A stretch of DNA of 64,000 nucleotides from Candidatus Woesearchaeota archaeon. GTDB lineage: Archaea; Nanobdellota; Nanobdellia; Woesearchaeales; GW2011-AR4. A model generated the notes under the pieces. That model was not told the DNA's origin. It saw only the letters and a list, made by a program, of their open reading frames with translations, and made no database searches. Every line of letters starts with the position of its first letter. The first letter of the stretch is position 1. Both the position numbers and the translations under genes were made by a program. Of this stretch, positions 28,992 through 38,361 are shown piece after piece. Where the stretch lies: the NCBI GenBank assembly GCA_016188245.1, contig JACPIE010000038.1:30939-94938 (forward strand), written 5' to 3'.

Positions 28992-30752
28992 TTACCTTCT
29001 CAAAAACCCGCTCAAAGTAATCTGCTCATCACGTTTTGAGCTCAAATAAATCACCTGGCCTTCTCTTGAGCCATACCTGTAAACAGAAATTCCTTTACAG
29101 CCGAGCTCATAGGCCATCATAAAGATTTTCTCAACATCTTCAACAGTTGCGTCTTTTGGCAAAGTTACGGTTTTTGAAATGCCGTTGTCAACATATTTCT
29201 GGAAGGCAGCCTGCATCCTGACGTGCCATTCCGGGGCAATGTCGGAGCCGACAACAAATATCTTTTTTAGTTTATCAGGAATCTCGTCTATATTTTTTAA
29301 CGAGCCTTCTTTGTTGATTTTATCAATTATCTCGTCATTGTACATATAATTTTCCTTAAGGGATTTCTTCAGCTCTTCATTAAAATAAATTAATGTTTTT
29401 CCTTCTGCAGTCCTCCTTGCATAGCTCAGGGCAAACAAAGGCTCTATGCCGCTTGACACGTCTGCAATTATGCTTATTGTGCCTGTCGGCGCAATTGTTG
29501 TTCTTGTTGCGTTCCTTAAGGGCATGTGGCAGCCTTTGAAGTATTTTGATTTCTTGTTGTAAACACTGTTTTTCCATTCCGGGAAAGCGCCTCTTTTCCC
29601 TGCAAGCTCAAGTGATGCAATGCTTGCTTCTTTTGAGATGAATTTCATGATTTTTTCTGCCGCATTTAGCCCATCTTGGGAATCATAGGCAATTCCGAGC
29701 TTTATGAGCATGTCGGCAAATCCCATGACCCCAAGCCCGATTTTTCTGTTCTTGTAAACAATTTTTTTATTTTCTTCCAGCGGGTATTGGCACATGTCAA
29801 TCACATTGTCAAGAAAATGCACGGCAGAATGCACAATTTTTTTTAATCTTTCAAAATTTATTTTTTTGCCATCAGCCATATTTGACAGGTTAATGCTTCC
29901 CAGATTGCATGCTTCATACGGCAGAAGCGGCTGCTCGCCGCAGCTGTCTGTGCTCTCAATTTTTCCAAGCTTTGGAGTCTGGTTAAACTCATTAATCCTG
30001 TCTATGAAGATGACTCCGGGGTCTCCATTTAGCCATGCCTGCCCGCAAATCAGCCTGAAAATTCTTTTTGCGCTTTCTTTTTTTTCAATTTTTTTTGTTC
30101 TTGGGTTCTCCAGGCTGTAATTCTTGTTTTTCCTGGCAGCCTGCATGAATTTGTCAGTTATGGCAACTGAAACATTGAAATTAGTGAGCACATTCTCTTT
30201 GCTTTTTATTGTTATGAACTCTTCAATATCTGGATGGCTTGCATTCAGAATCCCCATGTTGGCCCCCCTTAAAGTGCCGCCGAGCTTTATCTGCCCAGTT
30301 GCCGCGTCAAACACCTTCATGAAGGAAACAGGCCCAGAAGTAAAGCCGGAACTTTCTATCATGTCTCCTTTTGGCCTCAGCCTTGAAAAATTGAATCCTG
30401 TGCCGGCCCCTGTTTTATGAATCAAGGCCGCATCATGCAGAGTCTTAAAAATTGAGCTTATGTCATCTTCAATCGGCAGGACAAAGCAGGCTGCAAGCTG
30501 CTGCAGCTTTCTCCCGGCATTGAGCAGAGTCGGAGAATTCGGCAGAAAATCCAAAGACACCATCAAATCGTAGAATTCCTGCTCCGTTTTTTTGGCATTT
30601 CCCCCGTATCTTGCATCAGGCTTGGCAATATTCCTTGCAACTCTCCTGAACATGTTTCCCGGCCCCTCGACAACTTTTCCATTTTCATTTTTTTTCAGGT
30701 ACCTATGCTCAAGAATCAATAACGCATTTTTTGACAGGCTAAGCTTTTGCAT
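28992..30752 (-). CDS. nrdJ: Adenosylcobalamin-dependent (class II) ribonucleotide reductase, short copy with variant active-site loop
   Basis: PNSPTL, ACFV, RGANMG, TDSCGEQ (canonical TNPCGE), CNLGSIN, IAPTG. Confidence 0.9.
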   Translation of the reverse strand: MQKLSLSKNALLILEHRYLKKNENGKVVEGPGNMFRRVARNIAKPDARYGGNAKKTEQEFYDLMVSLDFLPNSPTLLNAGRKLQQLAACFVLPIEDDISSIFKTLHDAALIHKTGAGTGFNFSRLRPKGDMIESSGFTSGPVSFMKVFDAATGQIKLGGTLRGANMGILNASHPDIEEFITIKSKENVLTNFNVSVAITDKFMQAARKNKNYSLENPRTKKIEKKESAKRIFRLICGQAWLNGDPGVIFIDRINEFNQTPKLGKIESTDSCGEQPLLPYEACNLGSINLSNMADGKKINFERLKKIVHSAVHFLDNVIDMCQYPLEENKKIVYKNRKIGLGVMGFADMLIKLGIAYDSQDGLNAAEKIMKFISKEASIASLELAGKRGAFPEWKNSVYNKKSKYFKGCHMPLRNATRTTIAPTGTISIIADVSSGIEPLFALSYARRTAEGKTLIYFNEELKKSLKENYMYNDEIIDKINKEGSLKNIDEIPDKLKKIFVVGSDIAPEWHVRMQAAFQKYVDNGISKTVTLPKDATVEDVEKIFMMAYELGCKGISVYRYGSREGQVIYLSSKRDEQITLSGFLRR

Positions 30753-30831
30753 TTGCCCAATCTATCCATTGCGGTTTATAAATATTGCCACTATCAAAAA
30801 ATTTATATAAACCAAAATCCAATAATCCAGC

Positions 30832-31113
30832 ATGGAGCACTTATCCATCAGGGAAGTCCATGACCGGCTTTTGGAGCTTCAAGGCTGGGAGATGTCAGAC
30901 CATTCTTCCATCTTCAAGGAATTCGAGTTTGACAATTTCAAGGAAGCTATGGAGTTTGCAAATAAAGTCGGGGAAGAGGCCCAAAGGGAAAATCACCATC
31001 CGGACATCCTGGTGAAGTACAATAAAGTCACTTTAACTTTGACAACTCACGATGAAGGCGGATTGACTTATAAGGACTTTAAGCTGGCCAAGATCATTGA
31101 GCAGATGGTTTGA
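30832..31113 (+). CDS. phhB: Pterin-4-alpha-carbinolamine dehydratase
   Basis: NHHPD and TTHDEGGLT motifs. Confidence 0.93.
   Translation: MEHLSIREVHDRLLELQGWEMSDHSSIFKEFEFDNFKEAMEFANKVGEEAQRENHHPDILVKYNKVTLTLTTHDEGGLTYKDFKLAKIIEQMV
31078..31113 (+). repeat. 36-bp direct repeat, copy 1 (3' end of the PCD gene)
   Basis: tttaagctggccaagatcattgagcagatggtttga; 34/36 identical to 32283-32318. Confidence 0.9.
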
Positions 31114-31253
31114 ATCTTAGAATTGAAAGGGCAAATAGCGATAATGGGATTTGAGGCTAGAGTTTCGAAATTATTAGACGAACTCATAATAACAAAAATT
31201 AAGGGCGTAATATTTATATAGTTAAGAGTACAAATAGTTTATTGCGATTAAAA

Positions 31254-31466
31254 ATGCAATCTTTTACAGCAGTTTTGCATAAGGAAGAAGACATGTATGT
31301 AGCAGAATGCCCGGAAGTTGGTACAGTTAGCCAAGGCAAGAACATTGACGAAGCAGTTTCTAACCTCAAAGAAGCCACCGAACTTTACTTGGAAGAATTT
31401 CCAGTAAAGGAAAAACGAAAAACTTGGCTGACGACTTTTGAGGTGGCTATTGATGCCGGAACTTAG
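31254..31466 (+). CDS. hicB: HicB-family antitoxin
   Basis: YVAECPEVGTVSQGKNIDEAVSNLKEA. Confidence 0.9.
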   Translation: MQSFTAVLHKEEDMYVAECPEVGTVSQGKNIDEAVSNLKEATELYLEEFPVKEKRKTWLTTFEVAIDAGT

Positions 31467-31683
31467 GAAAGTATCTGGCGAAAAGGCTGTAAAGATTCTT
31501 TGCAACAAATTGGGATTTTCTATAAGCGGGCGAACTGGCTCTCATGTTAGATTATCGAAAGAAACGCCAGAAGGGAAAGTCGGAACAGTTGTGCCAATTC
31601 ATTCTGAACTGAAAATTGGAACTCTGAAAGGAATTTTGAAGCTTGCAAAAGTGGACGAAGAGGAGTTTAAAAAATACCTATGA
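31453..31683 (+). CDS. hicA: HicA-family toxin
   Basis: GF...TGSHVRL...VVPIHSELKIGTLKGIL; GAGGTGG SD. Confidence 0.9.
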   Translation: MPELRKVSGEKAVKILCNKLGFSISGRTGSHVRLSKETPEGKVGTVVPIHSELKIGTLKGILKLAKVDEEEFKKYL

Positions 31684-32282
31684 CGGGAAAACTTGAAAAG
31701 AAAAGTTTTAAATTTAAGCCTAAAACTGATACTAAAATGGGATTGTTTTCAGACCATGATATAAATGAGGCTGAAAGAGCTTTAGGCGCATTGCAACCGC
31801 CTATAGATCGCGAAACAAAGATTTTAATTCTTAGGGGTTTTGAAAAAGGGTGGAAAGCGCTAGGAGACATAAGTGGCAATATTCATTATGATGAATCTAT
31901 TAGGGAGCAAGTGATAACCCTTAGGAATGAAGCTACTCGAATTAAAGTTGAAAATTTAACAAAAAAACCCTTTGATTTTGGATATATATTGGGATGTTTA
32001 ATTGGCACTTTAAGATTTCATCCAACATCTTTACTCAAATATGGGGACAAAAGGTTCCTTAAAAAACTTTCCCGGAGTATTAACTCTTTAAGAAAAATTT
32101 CCCCCATTCATGACTTGGTCATAAGATATTTAAGAGAATGGCAGGAATGGATAGTGTTCTATTCCAGATTTCCAAGTGCTATCCTTTACAGGAATGCTAC
32201 AGTGGGCAGGCCTCCAACCGAAGATGAAAAAAATAAGATGCGCCAGCTTTACGAGCTTTTTGTCAGGGAGGTAGGGCTTTAG
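31680..32282 (+). CDS. Hypothetical protein carried inside the direct repeats
   Basis: 200-aa ORF with ATGA overlap to hicA; ends immediately before repeat copy 2. Confidence 0.7.
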   Translation: MTGKLEKKSFKFKPKTDTKMGLFSDHDINEAERALGALQPPIDRETKILILRGFEKGWKALGDISGNIHYDESIREQVITLRNEATRIKVENLTKKPFDFGYILGCLIGTLRFHPTSLLKYGDKRFLKKLSRSINSLRKISPIHDLVIRYLREWQEWIVFYSRFPSAILYRNATVGRPPTEDEKNKMRQLYELFVREVGL

Positions 32283-32318
32283 TTTAAGCTGGCCAAGATA
32301 ATAGAGCAGATGGTTTGA
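32283..32318 (+). repeat. 36-bp direct repeat, copy 2
   Basis: tttaagctggccaagataatagagcagatggtttga. Confidence 0.9.
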
Positions 32319-32329
32319 GGTTTTATAAG

Positions 32330-32638
32330 ATGGGCAAAACTGCGCGAAGAATTTTGATTGGCTCTGCAGCCTTTGTGTTCACAGGATTGGTGCATAGAAT
32401 ACTTGAAGATGAAATTTTAAGGCTAAAATCACTTAAATTTATAAGCGAGACTGCAGCAGAAAGAGCCAAAACCCCAGACGATAGGTATATTCATCAAAAA
32501 CGCTCTGAATACTATGGAAGGCTTGCCATCATTGCTGAAACTATTCAGTCTATAAACCCCTTTTCCATCCCATCCCATTTAAGAAATGTTTACAACAACT
32601 ATTCATCAAAAAAGCACTATGAAGCTGGCAAATCTTAA
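32330..32638 (+). CDS. Hypothetical protein
   Basis: ATG 32330 after GAGGT; about 102 aa with a short hydrophobic N-terminus. Confidence 0.6.
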   Translation: MGKTARRILIGSAAFVFTGLVHRILEDEILRLKSLKFISETAAERAKTPDDRYIHQKRSEYYGRLAIIAETIQSINPFSIPSHLRNVYNNYSSKKHYEAGKS

Positions 32639-33246
32639 TACTCAATCCCTTTTCTCGCCACAATCCCTTTTTGCCACGGATGCTTAACGCTTTGAATGGC
32701 ATTGACATAATCTGCCGCTTCCATTAATTCTTTTGGAGCGTCCCTGCCTGTGAAAACCAGCTCGACTTTTCCGTGCTCTTTGGCAATTTCCAAAACTTCT
32801 TTTAAAGGAATCAATTCCTTTGCAAGAGCGCAGTTTATCTCGTCCAGAATGACCATGTCATAATCATTGCTTTTAATGATTTTTTTGGCATGCTCCCACC
32901 CTTCCATCGCAGCGTCTTTTTCCTTGATGTCCGGCTGGAAAACAAATCTTCCTGTTTTGTCCTCAAACTCCTGCAGGTGCTTCTGCCTTTCTTTCAGCGC
33001 ATCAACCCCGAACTGTTCAATCTCAAATCCAAGTTTTTTGGCCGAATAAATTTCTCCTGTGAACCCGCTTTTCAGGAATTGTATCATATGGACTTTTAGA
33101 TTATTGCCGACTGCCCTCAAAGCCAGCCCAAGCGAAGAAGTTGTCTTGCCTTTGCCGTCCCCAGTGATTACATGGACTAATCCGAGGCTTTCCCTGCTGT
33201 TGTCGCCGGTTACTTTGATTGGAGACTTTATTTTTGTCAGTGACAT
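32635..33246 (-). CDS. cobO: Cob(I)alamin adenosyltransferase (CobO/BtuR type)
   Basis: TGDGKGKTT, IQFLK, ILDEI, TGR, KGIEY. Confidence 0.93.
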   Translation of the reverse strand: MSLTKIKSPIKVTGDNSRESLGLVHVITGDGKGKTTSSLGLALRAVGNNLKVHMIQFLKSGFTGEIYSAKKLGFEIEQFGVDALKERQKHLQEFEDKTGRFVFQPDIKEKDAAMEGWEHAKKIIKSNDYDMVILDEINCALAKELIPLKEVLEIAKEHGKVELVFTGRDAPKELMEAADYVNAIQSVKHPWQKGIVARKGIEY

Positions 33247-33247
33247 T

Positions 33248-33859
33248 TCATTTAAGCTTTTTATTTTTTATAGTAAAATATGATATTGACATTGTGATTA
33301 TTGCGCCGATTGCAGCCATAAGCATGTCTTTTTCAGCGTCAAACACATCTCCCTGGATGCCGAGCCACGCAATTGCGTTATCCGGCTGGACAATTGTTGC
33401 AACAGCCCATTCAATAACCTCATATGCTGCGCTTGCCGACATTATGGTGTTTGTAGGGATAGAATAGCTTAAAAAGCCGGTTATGCCCGTCAATCTTGTT
33501 ACAAATTCCCTTACAGGATAAACTATCAACAATCCGAATGTGAAATGGACTAATCTGTTGTAGTTGTCCCTTTGGAAATGCAGGACATTGAACAGCGATT
33601 TAACAAAAGGAACTTCTGAATAAGTGTAGTGGGCGCCAATTGCGTGCAAAATCATAAAGATTGCGATTAAAGTATATGAGAGATTTGAAAACCGGAATTT
33701 TCCGTATGTTAAAATCAGCAATGGAACAAACACAAAAGGCAATAAATTCTCCAGAAGCCAGTCAAATCTGTTTAACGGGCTTATGGCCAGCAAAGCCCAG
33801 GCTATCAAATAAGCAAAAAGGCAGTATTTCGGATAATTTTCTGAAAATGAGGATTTCAT
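33248..33859 (-). CDS. DUF2238 (YjdF-like) membrane protein
   Basis: DWLLEN, GAHYTY, RLVH, QGDVFDAEKDM. Confidence 0.88.
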   Translation of the reverse strand: MKSSFSENYPKYCLFAYLIAWALLAISPLNRFDWLLENLLPFVFVPLLILTYGKFRFSNLSYTLIAIFMILHAIGAHYTYSEVPFVKSLFNVLHFQRDNYNRLVHFTFGLLIVYPVREFVTRLTGITGFLSYSIPTNTIMSASAAYEVIEWAVATIVQPDNAIAWLGIQGDVFDAEKDMLMAAIGAIITMSISYFTIKNKKLK

Positions 33860-33970
33860 TTTTGAATTTGATTATGCTAATGAGCTGATAATGCCCATAA
33901 CTTAAGCTATTGGCTGTAACATCCAACAAAACTCCACCCGTGTTTTGAAAGAAAAAACAAATAAAAGAAA

Positions 33971-36900
33971 TTAAGTGCAGAGGCCCCATCCGCATCCCGG
34001 GCAGTGCAAACATCCTTCTTTAAGCTCAACTTTAGTGCCGCACTCCGGGCAGTTCTTGATTGTCTGTTTTGTAATCGGCCTTGCATCGCTTCCATTGCCG
34101 TTGGCAAAAACAAGCCCGGATTCCGACTCTTTGACCATCTTTTTCATCTCTGGCTTTATGTCCACTTCAATATTTGCGCCTTCCTTTTTCTCTTTGGCTT
34201 TTGGGGCGACAAGCACTTGATCCTTGATGCTGGAATCCCTGAACACAGTCACATCCTTGCAGCCAAGCGTGTAAGCCAGGATATAGCTTTCTTTCATGTC
34301 CTCAACAGTTGCATCTGCAGGAAAATTGTTTGTCTTTGAAATGCTTGAGTCCACCCATTTCTGGAATGATGCTAAAGCTCTTATATGGTCTTCCGGAGTC
34401 ATGTCAGTTGCCGTAACAAGCACCTTCCTCAGTTGCTCAGGCAGATATTCAATTCCCTGTATGCTGCCCCTGTGCTCGTTTATGTCTTCCATGAGCTTTT
34501 CATTCAACAGACCTTCATCCCTGAGCACTTTTTCAGCAGCGGGATCCACATAATAAAAGCTGCCGACTTTCACATTCTTCTCAAACACAAGGGAATAAAC
34601 CGGTTCCATTCCTGATGAGCATCCGGCAATCATTGAAATGCTCCCTGTTGGGGCGATTATTGTAGTATACCCATTCCTGATGCCGTGCTTCTTTATGTCT
34701 TCGCTTATTTTGCCCCAGTCAAAATGCGATTCATCTTTTAAATAAGGGCCCCTTATCGGCAATTTTCCCTGCTTGTAAAAGCTTTTGTCATAATATGGAA
34801 GATTGCCCCTTGCCTTTGCAAGCTCTATGCTTTCAACCTTGCTCCAGTAGGCTATGAACTCCATCAGCAGCTCCATGAATTTTCTTCCTTGTTCTGAGTT
34901 GTAGGCAAGCCTTAATTCATACAGCAAATCACCGACTCCCATTACACCCAATCCTATCTTCCTTGTGCTTAAGCTCATCTCCTCGATTGCTTTTAACGGG
35001 AAATTGTTGACATCAATAACATTGTCCAAAAATCTTGTGCAGCCCCTTACAACCTCCCTTAATGAGTCCCAGTCAACTGTCTTGTTGCCTTCCTCATCTT
35101 CTTTTGTAAATGCCCATACATTTATGCTGCCAAGATTGCACGGCTCATTTGGGTAAAGCAGAACTTCGCCGCAATTATGCACAACAATGCCATTGGCTAT
35201 GAAAGAATGTGTTGATGGTTCTGTAATGTCATAAACTTCTTCAATGCCACTTATCTCTATTCTATCTATGCTGTCTTCATGTTCTTCATTAGTAGTTATT
35301 ATCCTATCTTCTTCCGTTAATTTTGCAGCTTCTATCCACCCATTTGAAGTCAGTATTTTATGATCTGGTGTGCATCTCAAGTCATTTCCTTTTTTGGTAA
35401 TCAATTTAATGGTTTGTTTTAAGCCGGTTTTGAACACTTTATATTGCGTAACATGATTTATCAATTCCAAAAATTGATTTCCGTTTTTTACCGTTTGATG
35501 TACGGCTATTCCCACACCTCCATTAGGATATTTTTCAGCCAATTCTTTTATACTTATCGAACCACTCTTGGTCAAAATCATTGTATCTCCTGTTACGCAA
35601 GGATTAGTCGTGACAATAGGCCCAAGATGCTCGTAAAATGGGTTGTATTCATTTACCCTGTCAAAAAATATAATGCCGGGCTCTGCAGATTCCCAGGCCT
35701 GATAGACAACCTTGTCAAATAACACTCTTGGGTTTACAGTTTTGACCACTTTTCCGTCCTTTGGATTGACTAAGGGATATGGCTCGTTCTTTTCATAATG
35801 CTCCCAAAAATCAGGCATTATCAGTATGCTTATGTTGAAATTCCTCAATGACTTGTTGCCATCCTTGGCGGTTATGAACTGCTCTATGTCAGGATGGTTT
35901 GAATTCAGGATGCCCATGTTTGCCCCTCTTCTTATCCCCCCTTGCTTTATCACTTCAGTCATTGTATCAAACAGCCTCATGAAGCTCAAAGGCCCTGAAG
36001 CTACCCCCCCTGTGGAGCTGACAAAATCGCCTTCCGGCCTGAGCTTTGAGAAATTGTAACCCATGCCGCCTCCTGCTTTAAACACAATTGCAGTATTCTT
36101 TAGCGTTTCCATGATTCCGTCTATGGAGTCCGGAACATCCAATACAAAGCAATTATGCACAGAAACCATATTTGCAACATAAGAATGGTCTTCTTCAATC
36201 TCAAGATTGTATACAGTTCCGACATAATCCACTTTCGATATTTCGTCTATTTCTGTAAAGGTTATGCCATCTGCAACAATGGTATTTGGCTTGTAACCAC
36301 TATCAACTTCCTGCCTGTCAAATAATTCATTAATAAGCAAAAGGCCATTTTCTCCGCTTATTGTGCACCTATAAGGCTGGGTTGTTCCAAGCTTCGGCAT
36401 AGACTCCTTACCTAAAGCAGTAAAGACACCGCAGCGCATAGCCATCTGCCAGAAAGCATAAACTAAATTTTGATTGCACATCACAAGTTTTGCGTTTGTT
36501 TTATGCGAGTTTTTGAATATGGTGCCGTCTCCTCTTATCAGTCCAGCCATAATTCCTTTTTGCTTATTCTGGGGCAGTTTTATAATCCATTGCGGTATAT
36601 ATTTATTTTTATACCCTCTGCCTAAAATGTTTTCAAAGAAATTAGCCAGTATTGTAGAATGAAACCTTAACGATAGCCATTTTCTAGCTTCGCTATTTGT
36701 TTTTTCTATTCTTGCAGAAACTCCAAATTTATTCTCCATTATTGATATAACTTCTCTGCAATAATTTTCCTCATCGGCCGAAAATGTAAATCTTACACAA
36801 TCCTTGTCTGCAATTGAGCCTTCAGAAAGATAATACCCAAATAACTTCATAAGCTCGTAATCAACAGTAATGCTATTTTTTACAGGCTTTGTAGTGTGTA

Positions 36901-38104
36901 CAAATGCATTGAATTTTCCTCCCTTATACTCATAGGCACACTCATCCTTTTCATTCAAGGTTACATTTTTAACTACGTCATTAATCCTTATTTCTGTAAT
37001 TTCTTCTGTTTCTGTAGGGTAAGATAAAGCTACATAATCTCCTTCATCAAGCATATTAAGCTGTATCCATTGAATCTTGTTGTCCTTATAGCTCAGTATA
37101 GGATGCTCTTCTGTTACAAGCATGGAAGGCTTTGGGAGTTTGCTGCAACTCACTTTGTATAAAGAGTTCGTATCTCTAACATATACTTTTTCAACTTTTC
37201 TAAACCTGCCCCTGTGTGTCAGTACTTCATCTCCAACTTTAATGTTTTTTATTTCCTTTGGACCATCTTTAGCCATTATTGGTTGGTTTGGATGAAAGCA
37301 TGCGCTTCCCATTCCCAAAGGATTGCCAAAATTGGCAATTGCAGGGGTATTCGGCATAAACAGCTTTCTTGTCATCAAATTGTAAAGCTCATCAAAATTC
37401 TTCTCATAGCTGTCAAGCTCGCCTTTCTTTATCATATCAAAGAGCTTGCTCCATGACACTTTCATCTGCCCGTTGCCGTTGAACCTGTCGTACATTCTCT
37501 TCAGCGCTTCCAGATGATACCTGTTAAGCCTGTATTTTCCAATTCCATACTGGTCTTCATTAATAGCGGGCTTGAAGTCTTCTGTGAAGTTTACCGGCTG
37601 CTGGCCGTGTATATCGAACAATCTTGCATCGTAAAACAAGTCAGGCAAAGCCGCATGCACTGCAACTCTTGTAAATAGCTGCTTGGGAGTTTCAATCAGC
37701 TTGCCTGTTGCATCCTTTCTCAAGTACCTTGCTTTCAGGACCCTTAACGCGTTTACATCAAAGCGCTTGTCAACTTCGTCAATTTCCTCTTTTTCAAGCA
37801 CAAGCTGCTTTTCCTTTCTTACCTCTGACCTTTGCTGCCTGTAAAGAATGTAGGCTTTTGCAGTTGCAGCATGCCCTTCCTCAATAAGCACTTTTTCCAC
37901 AATGTCCTGAATTTCTTCAACAGAAGGCACGTCTTTGTTGAGATTTTCAAGCTGCCCAATAACTTTGTCGCTGATTTGCCTGGCTGCTTTCCTGTCTTTT
38001 CCTCCGACAGCCCTTGCAGCCTTGAAAACAGCCTCTGTAATCTTGTTTTGGTCAAATCCTGCCACAGTCCCGTCCCGTTTCCTTATCTGAAAAAGCTTTT
38101 GCAT
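33971..38104 (-). CDS. nrdJ: Class II ribonucleotide reductase with ATP cone, two inteins and C-terminal Zn ribbon
   Basis: IRKRDG ATP cone; SA|C and TNP|CGE restored after intein removal; CPECG...CPGCG tail. Confidence 0.95.
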   Translation of the reverse strand: MQKLFQIRKRDGTVAGFDQNKITEAVFKAARAVGGKDRKAARQISDKVIGQLENLNKDVPSVEEIQDIVEKVLIEEGHAATAKAYILYRQQRSEVRKEKQLVLEKEEIDEVDKRFDVNALRVLKARYLRKDATGKLIETPKQLFTRVAVHAALPDLFYDARLFDIHGQQPVNFTEDFKPAINEDQYGIGKYRLNRYHLEALKRMYDRFNGNGQMKVSWSKLFDMIKKGELDSYEKNFDELYNLMTRKLFMPNTPAIANFGNPLGMGSACFHPNQPIMAKDGPKEIKNIKVGDEVLTHRGRFRKVEKVYVRDTNSLYKVSCSKLPKPSMLVTEEHPILSYKDNKIQWIQLNMLDEGDYVALSYPTETEEITEIRINDVVKNVTLNEKDECAYEYKGGKFNAFVHTTKPVKNSITVDYELMKLFGYYLSEGSIADKDCVRFTFSADEENYCREVISIMENKFGVSARIEKTNSEARKWLSLRFHSTILANFFENILGRGYKNKYIPQWIIKLPQNKQKGIMAGLIRGDGTIFKNSHKTNAKLVMCNQNLVYAFWQMAMRCGVFTALGKESMPKLGTTQPYRCTISGENGLLLINELFDRQEVDSGYKPNTIVADGITFTEIDEISKVDYVGTVYNLEIEEDHSYVANMVSVHNCFVLDVPDSIDGIMETLKNTAIVFKAGGGMGYNFSKLRPEGDFVSSTGGVASGPLSFMRLFDTMTEVIKQGGIRRGANMGILNSNHPDIEQFITAKDGNKSLRNFNISILIMPDFWEHYEKNEPYPLVNPKDGKVVKTVNPRVLFDKVVYQAWESAEPGIIFFDRVNEYNPFYEHLGPIVTTNPCVTGDTMILTKSGSISIKELAEKYPNGGVGIAVHQTVKNGNQFLELINHVTQYKVFKTGLKQTIKLITKKGNDLRCTPDHKILTSNGWIEAAKLTEEDRIITTNEEHEDSIDRIEISGIEEVYDITEPSTHSFIANGIVVHNCGEVLLYPNEPCNLGSINVWAFTKEDEEGNKTVDWDSLREVVRGCTRFLDNVIDVNNFPLKAIEEMSLSTRKIGLGVMGVGDLLYELRLAYNSEQGRKFMELLMEFIAYWSKVESIELAKARGNLPYYDKSFYKQGKLPIRGPYLKDESHFDWGKISEDIKKHGIRNGYTTIIAPTGSISMIAGCSSGMEPVYSLVFEKNVKVGSFYYVDPAAEKVLRDEGLLNEKLMEDINEHRGSIQGIEYLPEQLRKVLVTATDMTPEDHIRALASFQKWVDSSISKTNNFPADATVEDMKESYILAYTLGCKDVTVFRDSSIKDQVLVAPKAKEKKEGANIEVDIKPEMKKMVKESESGLVFANGNGSDARPITKQTIKNCPECGTKVELKEGCLHCPGCGWGLCT
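35174..35599 (-). mobile_element. Mini-intein (142 aa) at the NP|CGE site
   Basis: Starts CVTGDT, block B TPDH, ends VHN/C; no endonuclease domain. Confidence 0.93.
36152..37300 (-). mobile_element. Intein with LAGLIDADG homing endonuclease (383 aa)
   Basis: Starts CFHPNQ, block B TEEHP, ends VHN/C; LFGYYLSEG and MAGLIRGDG motifs. Confidence 0.93.
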
Positions 38105-38142
38105 TTTTTAACCTCTTTGCGTTTTTTACTACTCACACGAAA

Positions 38143-38190
38143 ACACAACATATAGTATACAAGATGTCGTCGGCATACTACATCTTGTGT
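38143..38190. promoter_or_regulatory. Tandem NrdR-box-like operators upstream of nrdJ
   Basis: ACACAACATATAGTAT (38143-38158) and ATACTACATCTTGTGT (38175-38190), offset by 32 bp; consensus acaCwAtATaTwGtgt. Confidence 0.75.
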
Positions 38191-38361
38191 ATTTTTAGTT
38201 CATGCTTATATTTAAAGATTGTGATTCCGCTATATAAAAACAAAGCACCTTTTTACCAAAACCCGAACAAAAATGGAAGATTTTGAGGTTTATATATTTT
38301 AGGCAGGGATGTCCAGTGGTTGATTATGCGCATTTAAATACAAGCTTAACATTATGCATTT

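Noticed and set aside
31114-31225. Short ORF MGFEARVSKLLDELIITKIKGVIFI after the PCD gene
   Set aside because: 25 codons, no clear SD, and it overlaps the hicB promoter; at most a gene remnant.
33860-33970. Possible cobalamin riboswitch upstream of DUF2238-cobO
   Set aside because: No B12-box or GGGAA motifs; only a U-tract terminator and a weak hairpin.
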